Shown here: in pieces, positions 10,844 through 21,663 of the stretch
How the letters are laid out: every line of letters starts with the position of its first letter
Numbering within the stretch: the stretch's first letter is position 1
DNA from: an uncultured Planctomycetia bacterium
GTDB lineage: Bacteria > Planctomycetota > Planctomycetia > Pirellulales > S012-138
NCBI GenBank assembly: GCA_963731685.1
Contig: CAVSWR010000036.1
Coordinates: 263,191-327,190, forward strand
Reading direction: 5' to 3'
Length of the DNA stretch: 64,000 bases
The notes under the pieces: generated by a model
What the model saw: the letters and a program-made list of their open reading frames with translations, nothing else
What the model was told of the DNA's origin: nothing
Database searches by the model: none
Translations under genes and position numbers: made by a program

Positions 10844-10938
10844 TTAGTCCACGCGCGCGACGTGACGCACAATGCGGCTAGCGTGGGCGGCTAGCGTGGG
10901 CGGCTAGCGTGGGGCGGCTCGTGTGGAATGAATTCCAC
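10844..10938. repeat. Palindrome GCGTGGAttttagTCCACGC, three tandem 13-bp units GCGGCTAGCGTGG (10875-10913) plus a partial fourth, then palindrome GTGGAATgAATTCCAC
   Basis: Direct reading of the intergenic region between the NTPase start and the nfi stop. Confidence 0.6.
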
Positions 10939-10981
10939 GCTACGGAAGGTTGTGTTCGACTCCAGCCGCCCTGCCGGGAAT

Positions 10982-11507
10982 TCACGCCAAGTCTTGGCCG
11001 CCGTAGCGCGAGAGGTGGTCGGCGCGGCGGATAAGCGTGGGGATGCGATGAGCCCCGTGCATTTGCTCGATGTGGCGGGCCGCGTCCAAAGGGTCGATTC
11101 CCGCCGCAGTGACGATCAACGGTCTGCGACTTGCGCCGCGGAAGACTTCGACCCCACATCCGCCGGCAAATCGGCTCTTCGCCACGCCCACCACGTGGGC
11201 CGACGAACCCAGCGCCTGGTACAGCATGGCGCCAAGTCCTTTGCGTCCTTGGTCGTCCAGCCAGACGTAGCCGTCGATGATGATCGTATCGAGCGAGTCG
11301 ATACACGACCGGGTTGCGGAAAGAATACAAGGCAATTCGCGGCGAAAGAACTCGCCTGGCACATAGTTGGCCGATTCTTGTAGCCGCTCGTCAACGATTT
11401 CGCGCGGGGGCTTCATCCGTCCAATTCTCAAACACGACCACGCCGGTTTGCGATTTGAGCGTGGTGTAGTAGGTGTCTACGCAAGCAATCAAAACGCGGC
11501 GCCTCAT
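10982..11507 (-). CDS. nfi: Endonuclease V (deoxyinosine 3' endonuclease), interrupted by a frameshift at a G5/C5 homopolymer (11406-11410)
   Basis: N-terminal segment MRRRVLIACVDTYY…VVVFENWTDEAP (EndoV DxD region) is in one frame. From KPPREIVDERLQESANYVPGEFF through IIIDGYVWLDDQGRKGLGAMLYQALGSSAHVVGVAKSRFAGG (matching E. coli Nfi [21 protein letters not shown]…GVAKKRLCG) is in another frame. Confidence 0.7.
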
Positions 11508-11964
11508 TGCATAAAGTTGTTGAACCTGGCAGAGCAGGCGAAGTCTTCGCAAACGTTACAAAGCGAACCGTTTAACCTGCGCAGCGAGAAACTTCGCCAT
11601 AGATAGCACTTGCGATTCGTGTTGGACTCGGAAATTTACGATAAATAAGTAGAAATAAGGCGTTCGTGACAATCCAGAAGATTGGAGTATTTTGGCAAAC
11701 GGGCCGTACTGCTCTAAATGGTGGGGCTCAGCCATTGCAGATACTTCCGAACTCGATGCAAAGTCTGGAATGCCAACGTCTTAGGCTAATCCAATGAAGG
11801 ATGACGGGGCGGGGACGTCGCGGGAGTATCGACCAGAATGAAGCGGAACGGCTCGTTCGATCGTTTGTAGGAACCAACGAGGAACGCTTCCCTCGTGTGG
11901 CTGGGTACCGAGGTTCCGCAAACGTGATGGGGCGTTCCGCTTCTTCTGTTTTTCTGCTGATCGC

Positions 11965-12969
11965 TCACTCGGTGATTCTCAATTCGCCCAGCGCCGTCAA
12001 CACGGCCTCGTGCAGCGCGCCGTTTGTGGCGACCAGTCCTCGGTTGGCGGTTAATTCGGCGCCGCGGCCAAAATCCAACGGCTTGCCGAGAAGGTCGGAG
12101 ACCCCGCCTCCGGCTTCTTCCACTAACAGCGCGCCGCTGGCGTGGTCCCAGATCTTCTCGCGGCGGTTCACGCGTTTGGGCGCCCTAAAATAGGCGTCAA
12201 CCTGGCCCCTTGCCACGATCGCATACTTGACCTGGCTGCCGGCGCGCAGCTTCGGCGCCGACGAGCCCAAGTGCGAAGCGACCGCCGCCGTGTTCTCCGC
12301 CCAACCCGGGCTTGTCTCGGTCGATTCGCAAAAGCGAGTCTGTGTGGGGTCCGTCTGAGGACTCACCCGAACCGGCGCCGGCTGCTGCTGGTTGTCCGAA
12401 ATCGGCCGCTGCCACGCGCCGCCGCCGCGCGCCGCAAAGAGGATGACGCCGGTTTCGGATTCGGGACGCAGGGGATCAACCGCCAACGTCGGGCATCCCA
12501 GCACGGCGACGTCAACACGGCCTTCCACAATCAACGCCAGGCAGACCGCATAGTGTTCGCCGCGAATGAAGCCCATCGTTCCGTCGATTGGGTCCATCGT
12601 CCAAAGTCTGGGAGCAAACTCTCGATGGGCGCCCCAGTCGATCCAACGGCAAACATCGTCGCTGCTGGCCGTCGGCGCCGCGCGGCGCGTCAACGCCACG
12701 GCTTGTTCCAGATAGGAAGCGCCGACGGGGGTCCGCAGTTCATCCGCCGTTTCCTCGCCAATGATCAAATCTTCGGGAAACTCCGCCCGGATGGCGCGGC
12801 ACAGCAACGCCTGGCAGGCCATATCGGCCACCGTGACGGGGCTGCCGTCGGGTTTCGTCAACACGCCGTCGGCAAGGTTGTCTTGTGCCGCGCGGCACAC
12901 CTCGCTGCACTGACGCACCACATCGACGGCCAATTGCAGCTCTGTCTCATAATCGAAATCGTTGGGCAT
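11965..12969 (-). CDS. Inositol monophosphatase / CysQ-like 3'(2'),5'-bisphosphate nucleotidase family
   Basis: WTMDPIDGT motif (W-x-DP-[IL]-DGT) together with an EE…metal-binding region. Confidence 0.75.
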   Translation of the reverse strand: MPNDFDYETELQLAVDVVRQCSEVCRAAQDNLADGVLTKPDGSPVTVADMACQALLCRAIRAEFPEDLIIGEETADELRTPVGASYLEQAVALTRRAAPTASSDDVCRWIDWGAHREFAPRLWTMDPIDGTMGFIRGEHYAVCLALIVEGRVDVAVLGCPTLAVDPLRPESETGVILFAARGGGAWQRPISDNQQQPAPVRVSPQTDPTQTRFCESTETSPGWAENTAAVASHLGSSAPKLRAGSQVKYAIVARGQVDAYFRAPKRVNRREKIWDHASGALLVEEAGGGVSDLLGKPLDFGRGAELTANRGLVATNGALHEAVLTALGELRITE

Positions 12970-12976
12970 CGTTCCC

Positions 12977-13948
12977 TCAATCAGGTTCCATTCCGCCGCA
13001 TTGGCGGTTCGGTTCGTTTCCTATCGCAGCCTGCAAGAATTTGTAGCTTCCCACGGCCGCCTCTTCGGGCCCCATCAATTTGGCGTATTGCTGGTGTACT
13101 GTCACATAGCCGCGATAGCCGATGGCCCGCAAGCCGGCAAAGACGGCGTTGAAATCGACGCCGCCGGCCTCCCAAAGCGGCAAATCGAAATAGCGCACCG
13201 CGCCGCGCACCCGGGTGGGCAACGTGACGTCGCCTGACGGCGAGAGGCGATGGTTCTGCACGTAGACGTTCATCAGGTGAGGCGCGAGTCGTTTGAGCGT
13301 TTCGGCCGCATACGGCTGTCCACACAACATCAGATTGGCCGGCTCATAAATCAGTCCGAAGTTGTCGCGGTCCACCCGGCGGATCGTTTCCAGAATCTGC
13401 TCAACCGTCTCGAACAGGCTGTTCGTGTGGCATTGATGGGCGACGCGCACGCCGCGTTCGGCGCCATGTCGGCGGCCCGGGCCGCGGCCGGTATATCGTC
13501 CTCGGCCTTCATGCAAACGCGAATCAGGTCGGCGCCCAGCAGTTCCGCCACGTGCAAACTCGGTTCGAAATCGCGCAGGATTCGCGGGGCCGTCGTCGTT
13601 GTTCAGCGGCACGTTGAAATCGGTCGTCACCATCGAAACCGCCAGGTTCGATTCATCGAGCACGCGCCGCATCGCGCGCAACTCCGCTTCCGGCGTCTGC
13701 ACCCCCCCGGCGGAGGCCCGCACACAAACGGCTGGATAGCCGGTTTCTTTCGCCAGCCGAACGAATTCGGCGAACGGCATCGTCATGCGGTCCTTTGTCG
13801 CCGCCTCGGCAATTCGCACGGAAAGAGATAGTCGCACCGGGAGGTCTCCTCGAACGCTGTATGCGCCAAGCGCGAGAATTATAGCGAAAACGAAAACTCC
13901 TGCCCGCTGCGCGGCGCCGTGTTCACGCAAACGCCGGCTGGGCTTCAC
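12977..13948 (-). CDS. Sugar phosphate isomerase/epimerase (xylose-isomerase-like TIM barrel), with two apparent frameshifts ~13350-13600
   Basis: N- and C-terminal parts are protein-like (…YPAVCVRASAGG…; …NFGLIYEPANLMLCGQ…). The central stretch is Arg/Gly junk in this frame, while the alternative-frame ORF 13351..13557 reads MHVAELLGADLIRVCMKAEDD…. Confidence 0.55.
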   Translation of the reverse strand: MKPSRRLREHGAAQRAGVFVFAIILALGAYSVRGDLPVRLSLSVRIAEAATKDRMTMPFAEFVRLAKETGYPAVCVRASAGGVQTPEAELRAMRRVLDESNLAVSMVTTDFNVPLNNDDGPANPARFRTEFARGGTAGRRPDSRLHEGRGRYTGRGPGRRHGAERGVRVAHQCHTNSLFETVEQILETIRRVDRDNFGLIYEPANLMLCGQPYAAETLKRLAPHLMNVYVQNHRLSPSGDVTLPTRVRGAVRYFDLPLWEAGGVDFNAVFAGLRAIGYRGYVTVHQQYAKLMGPEEAAVGSYKFLQAAIGNEPNRQCGGMEPD

Positions 13949-13955
13949 ACAACAT

Positions 13956-16262
13956 TTACAAGCGTTTGCGGAAACACACCAGCAGAGCGGGCAGAATCAC
14001 CAGGTCTCCGACCAGCGCGGCCGCCAGCGTGGCGCAGGCCATGCCGGCGAAGAGCTGATGCGTCGGCAGCCGGCTCGTCAACACCGTGGCGAAGCCGGCC
14101 AGCATGACCACGGTCGTCATGACCAGCGCCGTGCCTACGGAGTGGAAGGTGGCCAGCACCGCGTCGCGCGGGTCGAGCCCGCGGCGGCGCTCCGACTGAA
14201 ATCGCGACAAGAAGTGGATCGTGTCGTCCACGGCGATTCCCAGGCAAATGGTAAAGGCGCATGCGCTGGCGATATCGAGCGACGTGCTCAGGCAGGCGCG
14301 TACGGCGCCCGTGGCCGCCAGGGGAAACAGGTTGGGGATGATCGAGATCAAACCCAGCGTTAGCGAGCGATAGGCCAGCGTCAGCACGAGCAAGATGATT
14401 CCCGCCGCGGTCGCCAGGCTCTTGGCCAGATCGCGGGCGACGTGGCGAACGATCTTTCCCTCGAGCAACGGTTGGCCCGCCAATTCGATGCGAAAACCCG
14501 GATGGCGGCGGCTGATGTTGGCCAGTTCGCGCTGCAGCCGCCGCACGACCGGTTCGTAACGCACGATGCCCAGGTCTTGCATGCGGCCCACGACAAGGCG
14601 CGACGTTGCTCGGGCCGCCAGAATTGCCGCCGCACGTCTGGCGGAACGCCGTAGGCAAGGGGAAGTTTCAACCAAGTGTCGCCGCCAGGCAGAGCGGACA
14701 GCCAGAGCCGGATCGACATGGCGCCGCGGATCAACGGCTCCTCGGTCAGGAGCTGCTCGCTCTGCTTGATCACGTTCCAGATTTGTGACGGCCGGGCGCG
14801 TTCCGGCCATTCGACCACTGCCTGAACGTATCGCACGCCGCCGAACTCGCGGTCGCAGTGATCGAGCGCTTGCCAAGCCTCGGCGCTGTGGGGAATGCGA
14901 TCCCGGAGTCGATCGTCCGGCTGCAGCCGCAGCGCGAGCAGTGTCAGTGCGAGCGTCAGCACGACGCCGAAACTGGCGACGAGTTTTGGCCGCGCGAGCA
15001 CGAAATCGACAAGCCATGTCAAGCGGCGCATGTTGCGGCCCACCAGGTCGCGTTCGAGCCCAGCGTGAAGCCGCCGCCCAACCCAGGAGACCGACAGCAG
15101 CGGAATCACGCAGATCACAGCCACGAACGTGAACATGACGCCAAGGGCCGCTGCGCGCCCAAAGCTGCGGATGATCTCCGAATCGGACACCATCAGCGAA
15201 CCGAAGCCAATCGCCGTGGTGAGCGACGTCAAAAAGCACGCCGCGCCGACCTGTTTGACGGTCGCGCGGGCGGCTTCGACCGCGCCAAGTCCCGCCGCGC
15301 GCTCGCGTCGCAGGTGGACTACCAAATGCACGCCGTCGGTGAAGCCGACCATCATGAGCATGACGGGCAAGATGATGTCGGAGAGGTCGTTGCGCGGTTC
15401 GCCCAACAGGTTGAGCAGACCGAGCGTCCAGAGAACGCCCAGCACCGAACCGCTGCAGGCAATGGCAATCGCGCTAGGGCGGCGAAAGATGATCATCGCC
15501 AGCACGAAGACCAGCACGTAGCCGATGAGTTGAATTCGCTTGTGGTCCTGCTCGAAAGCCTTGCGATACGCATGAAACAACGGCACGACGCCCGTCAAGC
15601 GAACGCGGAGGCCCGCCTTTTCCAGACTCTCGCGGGCAAGGGCGCTCGCCGCGTCGATCGTCTGGCGCCGATGATCCTTGAAGATAACGGGCATGAGCAT
15701 CGTTCGCCCGTCTCGGGAGAGCAACTGATCGCGAATGAGCGGGTTCTGCAGGAAGGTCTCAGCGGTCACTTTGGGCGGCTTGCCGAGCGACCACGCTTGC
15801 AGTTTGCCCACCCACTCCGGAAGGGAAGCGAGTTCTTCTCGCGTGGCCTTCGCGATTCGGCCCGTCGATCAACGAGTCGGCCGGAAAGTCGATTCCAAAC
15901 GGATACATCCGCGGAATCCTGCCGATCCAGAGAACGCTGGCGACACCCGGCGCCCGTTCGATCTTCTTGACCGTCTCGCGTAACGCCAACATCCGGTCGG
16001 CGCGGAAAAAATCATCCGACTCGATGACGAACACGCACGGCAGGCCCTGGAAATCGAAGCGGTCGGAGGCCTCGTCAATGACCCGCATGTCGCGAGCGAG
16101 ATCCTGGCTGTCGATGGAGGCCCAGGATATATGGCGTCTCTCGCCCAGGCTCACGCCCGACCAGCCAAGCGCCGCCAGCGCTGAAACCGCAACGACGACA
16201 GCCCATCCCAGGTACTTTCGGCGCACGAGCCCGTCCGCAAGCCAGTCGATGACGCGTTGCAT
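13956..16262 (-). CDS. MMPL/RND-superfamily exporter (SSD-type membrane transporter), with two or more apparent frameshifts
   Basis: Three consecutive ORFs (15759..16292, 14381..15811, 13956..15239) together give the N-terminal TM plus periplasmic domain, then a 6-TM bundle, a second periplasmic domain and a second TM bundle (…LVMTTVVMLAGFATVLTSRLP…). Confidence 0.7.
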
Positions 16263-16499
16263 GGAGGGATTCCGAGGGAGGCGCGAATACAAGCCCGCGG
16301 CGTACGCAAGTCGATCGATGGTCCGCGTTCACGCAGGCGCCGCAGTTGGATCGACCGCAAACGTTCAACGCTTGCACATCCTACCCGGGATTCCACATAC
16401 CCGCGATTCCACGGGAGCCGGCCCGCCGCGACGCGCCACGAGAAAACTTGGCTCCCAACGGCGAACCCACCTTAGCACGCCGAGGCCGTCAATTTGCCG

Positions 16500-18035
16500 T
16501 CAATCCTTCCCGGCGGCGGTGGCGTCGGCTTGCTGTCCGCGTTGGAACGCCGCGCCCATCTCGCGGCGGATCTTGGTATACAGCGCCGGGCGGAGCAGGC
16601 TGCCATGGTCCTCGCCAGGCAGAATCACAACGTCGGCGTCGCTGCCGAGGCCCTTGAGCGTTTCGGCCAACAGCGCGACGGCGCCCTCGAGGTAGAACGT
16701 ATCCAAACTGCCGGTCGTAATGTGCAATTTGCCGGCGAGTTTGGGGCCCAGTTCGCGCCAATTGCGCTTCAGCTTGAGGTTGATGTCGTAGGCTTGCCAA
16801 GCCTTGGCCACCTCGGGGTTGATGCGGCCGGTTTTCCGATCCCACAGCTTTTGCGGCTGGCCATCTTTGCCCAAAGGACTGAACACGGCCTCGAACGAGC
16901 GTAATTGTCCTCCCCGTCCGAGACAATCGTCCATTTTGCCAAAGGAGTCGTACCATAGGACCGGCTGGCCCTGTCGCCGGGCGATTGGACGGCGTTGGCC
17001 GCTTTCGTCGTAATACAGGCTCAGCGGCGGCTGCGCATAAAGGTTCACCTGTTGGTAGTCGCGAAAATCCACGGGATCGGGCGACGTGCTCCAAACACCG
17101 CCAAACACGTCGGGATAAGTTACCTGGAGCCACAAACTCGACCACCCGCCGGAGCTGTGGCCGTACAAAAAGCGGGCGTACGGTTTGCCCACCGTGCGAA
17201 ACTGCTCGTCGATCAGCGGGATCAACTCTTGCACCAGCGCCTCGCCGCGCGGCCCGTTGGTCGCACTATCGGCGTAGACGTGGTGGCCCCATTTGCACTG
17301 ACCGCTGAGCGACACGCGGATGAATTCCACTTCGCCGGACTTGGCGGGTACCGGTTGCCCGCCGCCGCGCAATGCCTGCCGGTGGCTGCCGCTAAAACCG
17401 GGAATGGAGTAGATGACGGGATACCGCCGCGCAGGTTGTTCAAAATAGCTGGCCGGCAACGTCACCGCGCAGCGATCCCAAACGTCGCGCCCGTGGAAGT
17501 CCGAGAGCAATTTGCTCTTGTACTTGACCTCGCGAACCCATTTGGTTTCTGCGAACGCCTGCGGTTTCACGGTCTGATCGAGGTGAAAAACCACCTCGGG
17601 CCCTCGGGCGCCGTCGAGTTCAAGGTTGGCCACGTCGCTATAGAAATTGCCCACACCGTAGGCGTGGTTCTGATGATAGAAGTCGTGGTCCAGCAGAGCC
17701 TGAGCGCGGTAACGCCCCGCGGGAAGTTGAGACAGCTTGTCGGGAAAACCATCAGCCGAGTCGTCCAGCACGCGCGATTCGCCCGGTTGAAAGTCCTTGA
17801 CCTCGACGCCAAAAAATGGCTCCGGGTGAAACCAATCGGGGCCCAAGCGGGGTTCGCTCCGGCCGCGTTGCGACAGGAAGACAAACAGCCTGCCGGTGAC
17901 CGGTTGTTGGCTCACTTTGGGATCGAGCGTGACGCGGAATCGCAATCCCGCGGCATGCGCCCCTCCGGCGGAGAAAAGCGAGGCCAACGCCGCGCACAAA
18001 ACGACGAGCTTCGTCAAACGCAAGGCGGCTTTCAA
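16500..18035 (-). CDS. Secreted alpha/beta-hydrolase esterase (putative esterase / enterochelin-esterase-like family)
   Basis: Signal peptide MKAALRLTKLVVLCAALASLFSAGGAHA. Nucleophile elbow GHSSGG. Antisense Arg-rich ORFs on the + strand are discounted. Confidence 0.75.
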   Translation of the reverse strand: MKAALRLTKLVVLCAALASLFSAGGAHAAGLRFRVTLDPKVSQQPVTGRLFVFLSQRGRSEPRLGPDWFHPEPFFGVEVKDFQPGESRVLDDSADGFPDKLSQLPAGRYRAQALLDHDFYHQNHAYGVGNFYSDVANLELDGARGPEVVFHLDQTVKPQAFAETKWVREVKYKSKLLSDFHGRDVWDRCAVTLPASYFEQPARRYPVIYSIPGFSGSHRQALRGGGQPVPAKSGEVEFIRVSLSGQCKWGHHVYADSATNGPRGEALVQELIPLIDEQFRTVGKPYARFLYGHSSGGWSSLWLQVTYPDVFGGVWSTSPDPVDFRDYQQVNLYAQPPLSLYYDESGQRRPIARRQGQPVLWYDSFGKMDDCLGRGGQLRSFEAVFSPLGKDGQPQKLWDRKTGRINPEVAKAWQAYDINLKLKRNWRELGPKLAGKLHITTGSLDTFYLEGAVALLAETLKGLGSDADVVILPGEDHGSLLRPALYTKIRREMGAAFQRGQQADATAAGKD

Positions 18036-18046
18036 GGCCTCGGCTC

Positions 18047-18790
18047 CTATTTCAACGCGATGGTCTTTTGCAATGGCTGCAACAGGTTTTCAACCGCGTA
18101 GCTGTCAACCAACTCGTGGCACGTCGCCAACAGACGCTTCAGCGTTTCTTCATAAGTTACGCCCGGGTCCAGGCTGCCATATTGCCTGGCGGTAACATAA
18201 ACGCTGAGTTGCTCCTCGGGGAATTCGCCGGTGCGAAGGTGATACGCGCTGGTGCGAGTTTCCACGCTCACACGGCACTGGGTGCGGCACTCTTCATCGA
18301 GCGCCAGCGTGATCGACGGCTCGTGGCTGATTACCGAGGCGCCGGGGAACTCCGTCAGCTTCTCCAGCGCCGGGCTGACACCCAGCGCTTCGGCGACAAG
18401 CTGGTTGTGGTTACCGCGATACGTATAGTCGAAGCCAAACAGCAGGTCCAAGGCCTCACAGTCCAAGGGGCTTACCGACAACATGTAAGGCGCCAATTCC
18501 AACACCAGCCGGTGCTGGTGCAAGGGATCGGACAGGCTTTCGGGGTTTACCTGACCTGAGCAGATTCTCCGGTTTTCAATTGATGTCCACCGATACTGGC
18601 CTTTGTCCTTATCCTCCTCAAGCACAAAGTCACCCTTCTCACGGCAGTAAAAGTTCCGCATCGTCGGGTATTCTTTTTGCAGGCGTTCAAAGAAGTGCAA
18701 TACCGTCTCTCGATTACCGGGCAACTCCATCTCGGTGCTGAGGTTCATGTTGATGTAGAAGTCGTCGCACAAAGAGGCGTAAGGATGCAT
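18047..18790 (-). CDS. Hypothetical protein
   Basis: 247-aa ORF with balanced composition and no recognisable motif. Confidence 0.5.
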   Translation of the reverse strand: MHPYASLCDDFYINMNLSTEMELPGNRETVLHFFERLQKEYPTMRNFYCREKGDFVLEEDKDKGQYRWTSIENRRICSGQVNPESLSDPLHQHRLVLELAPYMLSVSPLDCEALDLLFGFDYTYRGNHNQLVAEALGVSPALEKLTEFPGASVISHEPSITLALDEECRTQCRVSVETRTSAYHLRTGEFPEEQLSVYVTARQYGSLDPGVTYEETLKRLLATCHELVDSYAVENLLQPLQKTIALK

Positions 18791-19024
18791 TCGTTGGCCC
18801 TTCAGATACGACTTGGGAAGTGAGCGGCGGAAGCTAGTTGCTCCGCAAAGTCTCTAGTATAGAATGCCTGCAAGCGGAGTGCCAAGCCACGGACTGCCCC
18901 GCCACGGCTCCAGGCAACCTCCAGCGCCAGCCTGCAAAACGCCGAAGGTGTTTCACCATAACGGCTTAGCCATCGACGCCGAGGGCCGATCGCCTAGCTG
19001 GCGCCTTCACGAGAGCTTGGCGCC

Positions 19025-19639
19025 GTGAGCCGGATGTTTTTCATTTACGCCAGCACAACCACAATCGGGGAGGTCGGCATTTTGACAAGTCTAAGTGTGG
19101 ACTACGAGACCGCCGTTTTTCCAACTGCACTGGGTTGGATGGCCCTCGCCGGCCGCGACGATAAGTTGGGCGCTCTCACGTTTGGTCACGACGATCCGAA
19201 ACAGGCCATGGCCGCCTTATCGCTTCCGCTTTCCTTCGCCACAGGCTCCAATGGCGGTGTATGGACCATCCGTCTGACGGATCGGCTACAGGCATACGCC
19301 GCTGGCGCCTTCGACGACTTTGCCAACGTCGCGATCGAAATGGACGACCTGACGGGGTTTCAGCAGGCCGTCATCCGCCATTGCCGTGCAATCCCTTATG
19401 GGCAAACGCTAACCTATGGGCAATTGGCGGCGCTGGCCGGCTCGCCCCGAGCAGCGCGCGCGGTGGGAAACACGATGGCCCAGAACTTGACGCCGCTGGT
19501 GGTTCCCTGTCATCGCGTGGTTCCCGCCGGCGCCGGGCTCGGCGGCTATTCCGCTCGCGGAGGCGTTCGCATGAAGTTGCGCCTTTTGGAAACGGAGGCC
19601 GCCAGGCGCCAAGACAACGCTGCGCTGGCGGGTGTGTAA
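19025..19639 (+). CDS. ogt: Methylated-DNA--protein-cysteine methyltransferase
   Basis: Active-site motif VPCHRVV and the upstream helix-turn-helix region (…TYGQLAALAGSPRAARAVG…). The true start may lie downstream of 19025. Confidence 0.8.
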   Translation: MSRMFFIYASTTTIGEVGILTSLSVDYETAVFPTALGWMALAGRDDKLGALTFGHDDPKQAMAALSLPLSFATGSNGGVWTIRLTDRLQAYAAGAFDDFANVAIEMDDLTGFQQAVIRHCRAIPYGQTLTYGQLAALAGSPRAARAVGNTMAQNLTPLVVPCHRVVPAGAGLGGYSARGGVRMKLRLLETEAARRQDNAALAGV

Positions 19640-19666
19640 TCGGACAGCGCCGAGGGTTTCGGCCGC

Positions 19667-20794
19667 CTACGGTTGCCTTGGCGGTCGGTCGTATTTTCGC
19701 AGCCAGCCCTTCCAGGCGAAAAACACAAACATTCCCGCCGTGGTCACCGCCATCAGCGCCAAGGCAAAGGGATAGCCAAAATACCAATGGAGTTCCGGCA
19801 TGTTCCAAGGTGAAACGTGCGGATCAAAGTTCATGCCGTAAACACCGGCGACGAATGTTAGCGGAATGAACAAAGTCGCAATGATCGTGAGCACGCGCAT
19901 GGTTTCGTTCATGCGATTGCCGATCATGGTCATGTAAAGATCGCGGATATCGGCGATGAGTTCGCGGTCGGTTTCCACGAGTTCGGAAAGTTGGGTCACA
20001 TGGTCGTGGCAATCCCGCAAGAATAGCCGCGTAGATTCGCTGATGAGCGGATGATCTTGGCGTGTGAGCGCCGCGACCGCGTCGCGATGGGGGCGAATCG
20101 TGCGGCGCAGCAAGACTGCGTCGCCCTTCAGGGCGTGAATCTGCTCCAGCGAATTGCCATCGACCCCCTCGAGGACGTCGTCCTCCAAGGCGTCCAGTTG
20201 CTCGGCGTGTTGGTCCAGCACGGGGTAGTAGCCGTCGATCACCGCGTCCAACAGCGCATACATCAGGTAGTCGGCGCCGGTTCTGCGAATTCGCCCCGAC
20301 CAGCCCCCGGTACGAATACGCTCGCGCACCCCGTCCAGACAATCGCCGGGGCATTGCTGGAAGCTGAGCACGAACCCGTCGCCGAGAAACAAGCTCACCT
20401 GCTCGACCTGCACATGGCCGTCGAAGGTTACCATTTTGGCGATCAGGAACAGTTGCCTGCCATATTCCTCCGCTTTGGCGCGATGGTGGATGTTGGAAAC
20501 ATCCTCCAGCGCCAACGGGTGCAGATTGAACAGTTCGCCGAATTCCTGAATCGTTTCAGCGTCGCCAAGTCCGTTGACGTTGATCCACACCACGGGCCAA
20601 CGCTCCAAGTAAGGCATCGCGTCGGCAGGCTGCTGTAGCGTACACTCGTCAAACCCTTCCGAGCCGTAAGCCATGACTTGAATCTCTGGCTTGGGAGCAT
20701 CGTGCGGCGGAGTAATCTTGCCGGGTGAACTACCCGGAGGAGTCCTGAGGCGAATCTTCGGTCTGCGGAGTCGCTTCCGCCAGAGCTTTGTCAT
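19667..20794 (-). CDS. corA: Mg2+/Co2+ transporter CorA
   Basis: YGMNF (GMN) motif followed by two C-terminal TM helices. GAAGGAG RBS before ATG at 20794; the longer ORF extends to 20827. Confidence 0.85.
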   Translation of the reverse strand: MTKLWRKRLRRPKIRLRTPPGSSPGKITPPHDAPKPEIQVMAYGSEGFDECTLQQPADAMPYLERWPVVWINVNGLGDAETIQEFGELFNLHPLALEDVSNIHHRAKAEEYGRQLFLIAKMVTFDGHVQVEQVSLFLGDGFVLSFQQCPGDCLDGVRERIRTGGWSGRIRRTGADYLMYALLDAVIDGYYPVLDQHAEQLDALEDDVLEGVDGNSLEQIHALKGDAVLLRRTIRPHRDAVAALTRQDHPLISESTRLFLRDCHDHVTQLSELVETDRELIADIRDLYMTMIGNRMNETMRVLTIIATLFIPLTFVAGVYGMNFDPHVSPWNMPELHWYFGYPFALALMAVTTAGMFVFFAWKGWLRKYDRPPRQP

Positions 20795-21009
20795 GTTGGC
20801 TCCTTCACTACCGGGCTGTCTGCGCACTTACGCGCCATTTGGCCGTTGTATCCGCTCGGCCGGGCGTCGAAAAGAGGCGCGTTCAACACCGCGGCTGCGC
20901 GCCGCTGGCAAGCACGCCTGACGCGTTGTGCTGTCCTTCCGTCCGATGAATGAAAACCCTGGCGGCAACCCCCGTCTCGCGCCGCCCGCAAGCCGCGCGG
21001 CCGTGGGCG

Positions 21010-21663
21010 TTAGCGCAGGAACGACTCGGGCTGAAGAACCCGGCCTCCCTTAACTCGCAGCCGAAAGTCGGCTAGTTCCTCGGCTTCAGCGCGATTGTGC
21101 GTGACGTGCAACACGGTGACGCCGGTCTCTTGCTGCACCTTCTTGAGCAGCCTCATCATGGCTTGCCGGGAATCGTCGTCCAATGCGCTGAGCGGCTCGT
21201 CAAGGCACAAGATGCTGGGGCGAAACGACAGCGCCCGGCCCAGCGACACTCTTTGCGATTCGCCTCCGGAAAGCCCGTGGGGACGCCGGTTCAACAACTT
21301 ATCGACACCCACCAGCGAGGCGACCTGGTTGACGCGATCCTGCATGAGGTCGTGGCGCCAGCCGCGGATGCGCATGGCGAACTCCAAGTGGTCTCGCACG
21401 GTCATGGTCTCAAACAAGGCGCCGTCCTGCGGCACATAGCCGATGCCGCGATCGGCCGGCTTCAAACGCGTGATGTCGCGCTCGGCGAAATAGATCGAGC
21501 CGCCCCGGGCTCGCTTCAAGCCGCAAATGGTCTCCAGCAGGGTTGTCTTTCCCGAACCGGTATCGCCCATCAACACGGCGTATTGCCCGGCGGGAATTGT
21601 GAAGTTGATCTCCGCCAGCGAGAAGGCGCCGGCGCCCACAGTCAGATTGACGGCCTGAATCAT
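21010..21663 (-). CDS. ABC transporter ATP-binding protein (no adjacent permease)
   Basis: Walker A GDTGSGKTT, signature LSGGESQR, Walker B ILCLDEP, H-loop HVTHN. Confidence 0.85.
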   Translation of the reverse strand: MIQAVNLTVGAGAFSLAEINFTIPAGQYAVLMGDTGSGKTTLLETICGLKRARGGSIYFAERDITRLKPADRGIGYVPQDGALFETMTVRDHLEFAMRIRGWRHDLMQDRVNQVASLVGVDKLLNRRPHGLSGGESQRVSLGRALSFRPSILCLDEPLSALDDDSRQAMMRLLKKVQQETGVTVLHVTHNRAEAEELADFRLRVKGGRVLQPESFLR

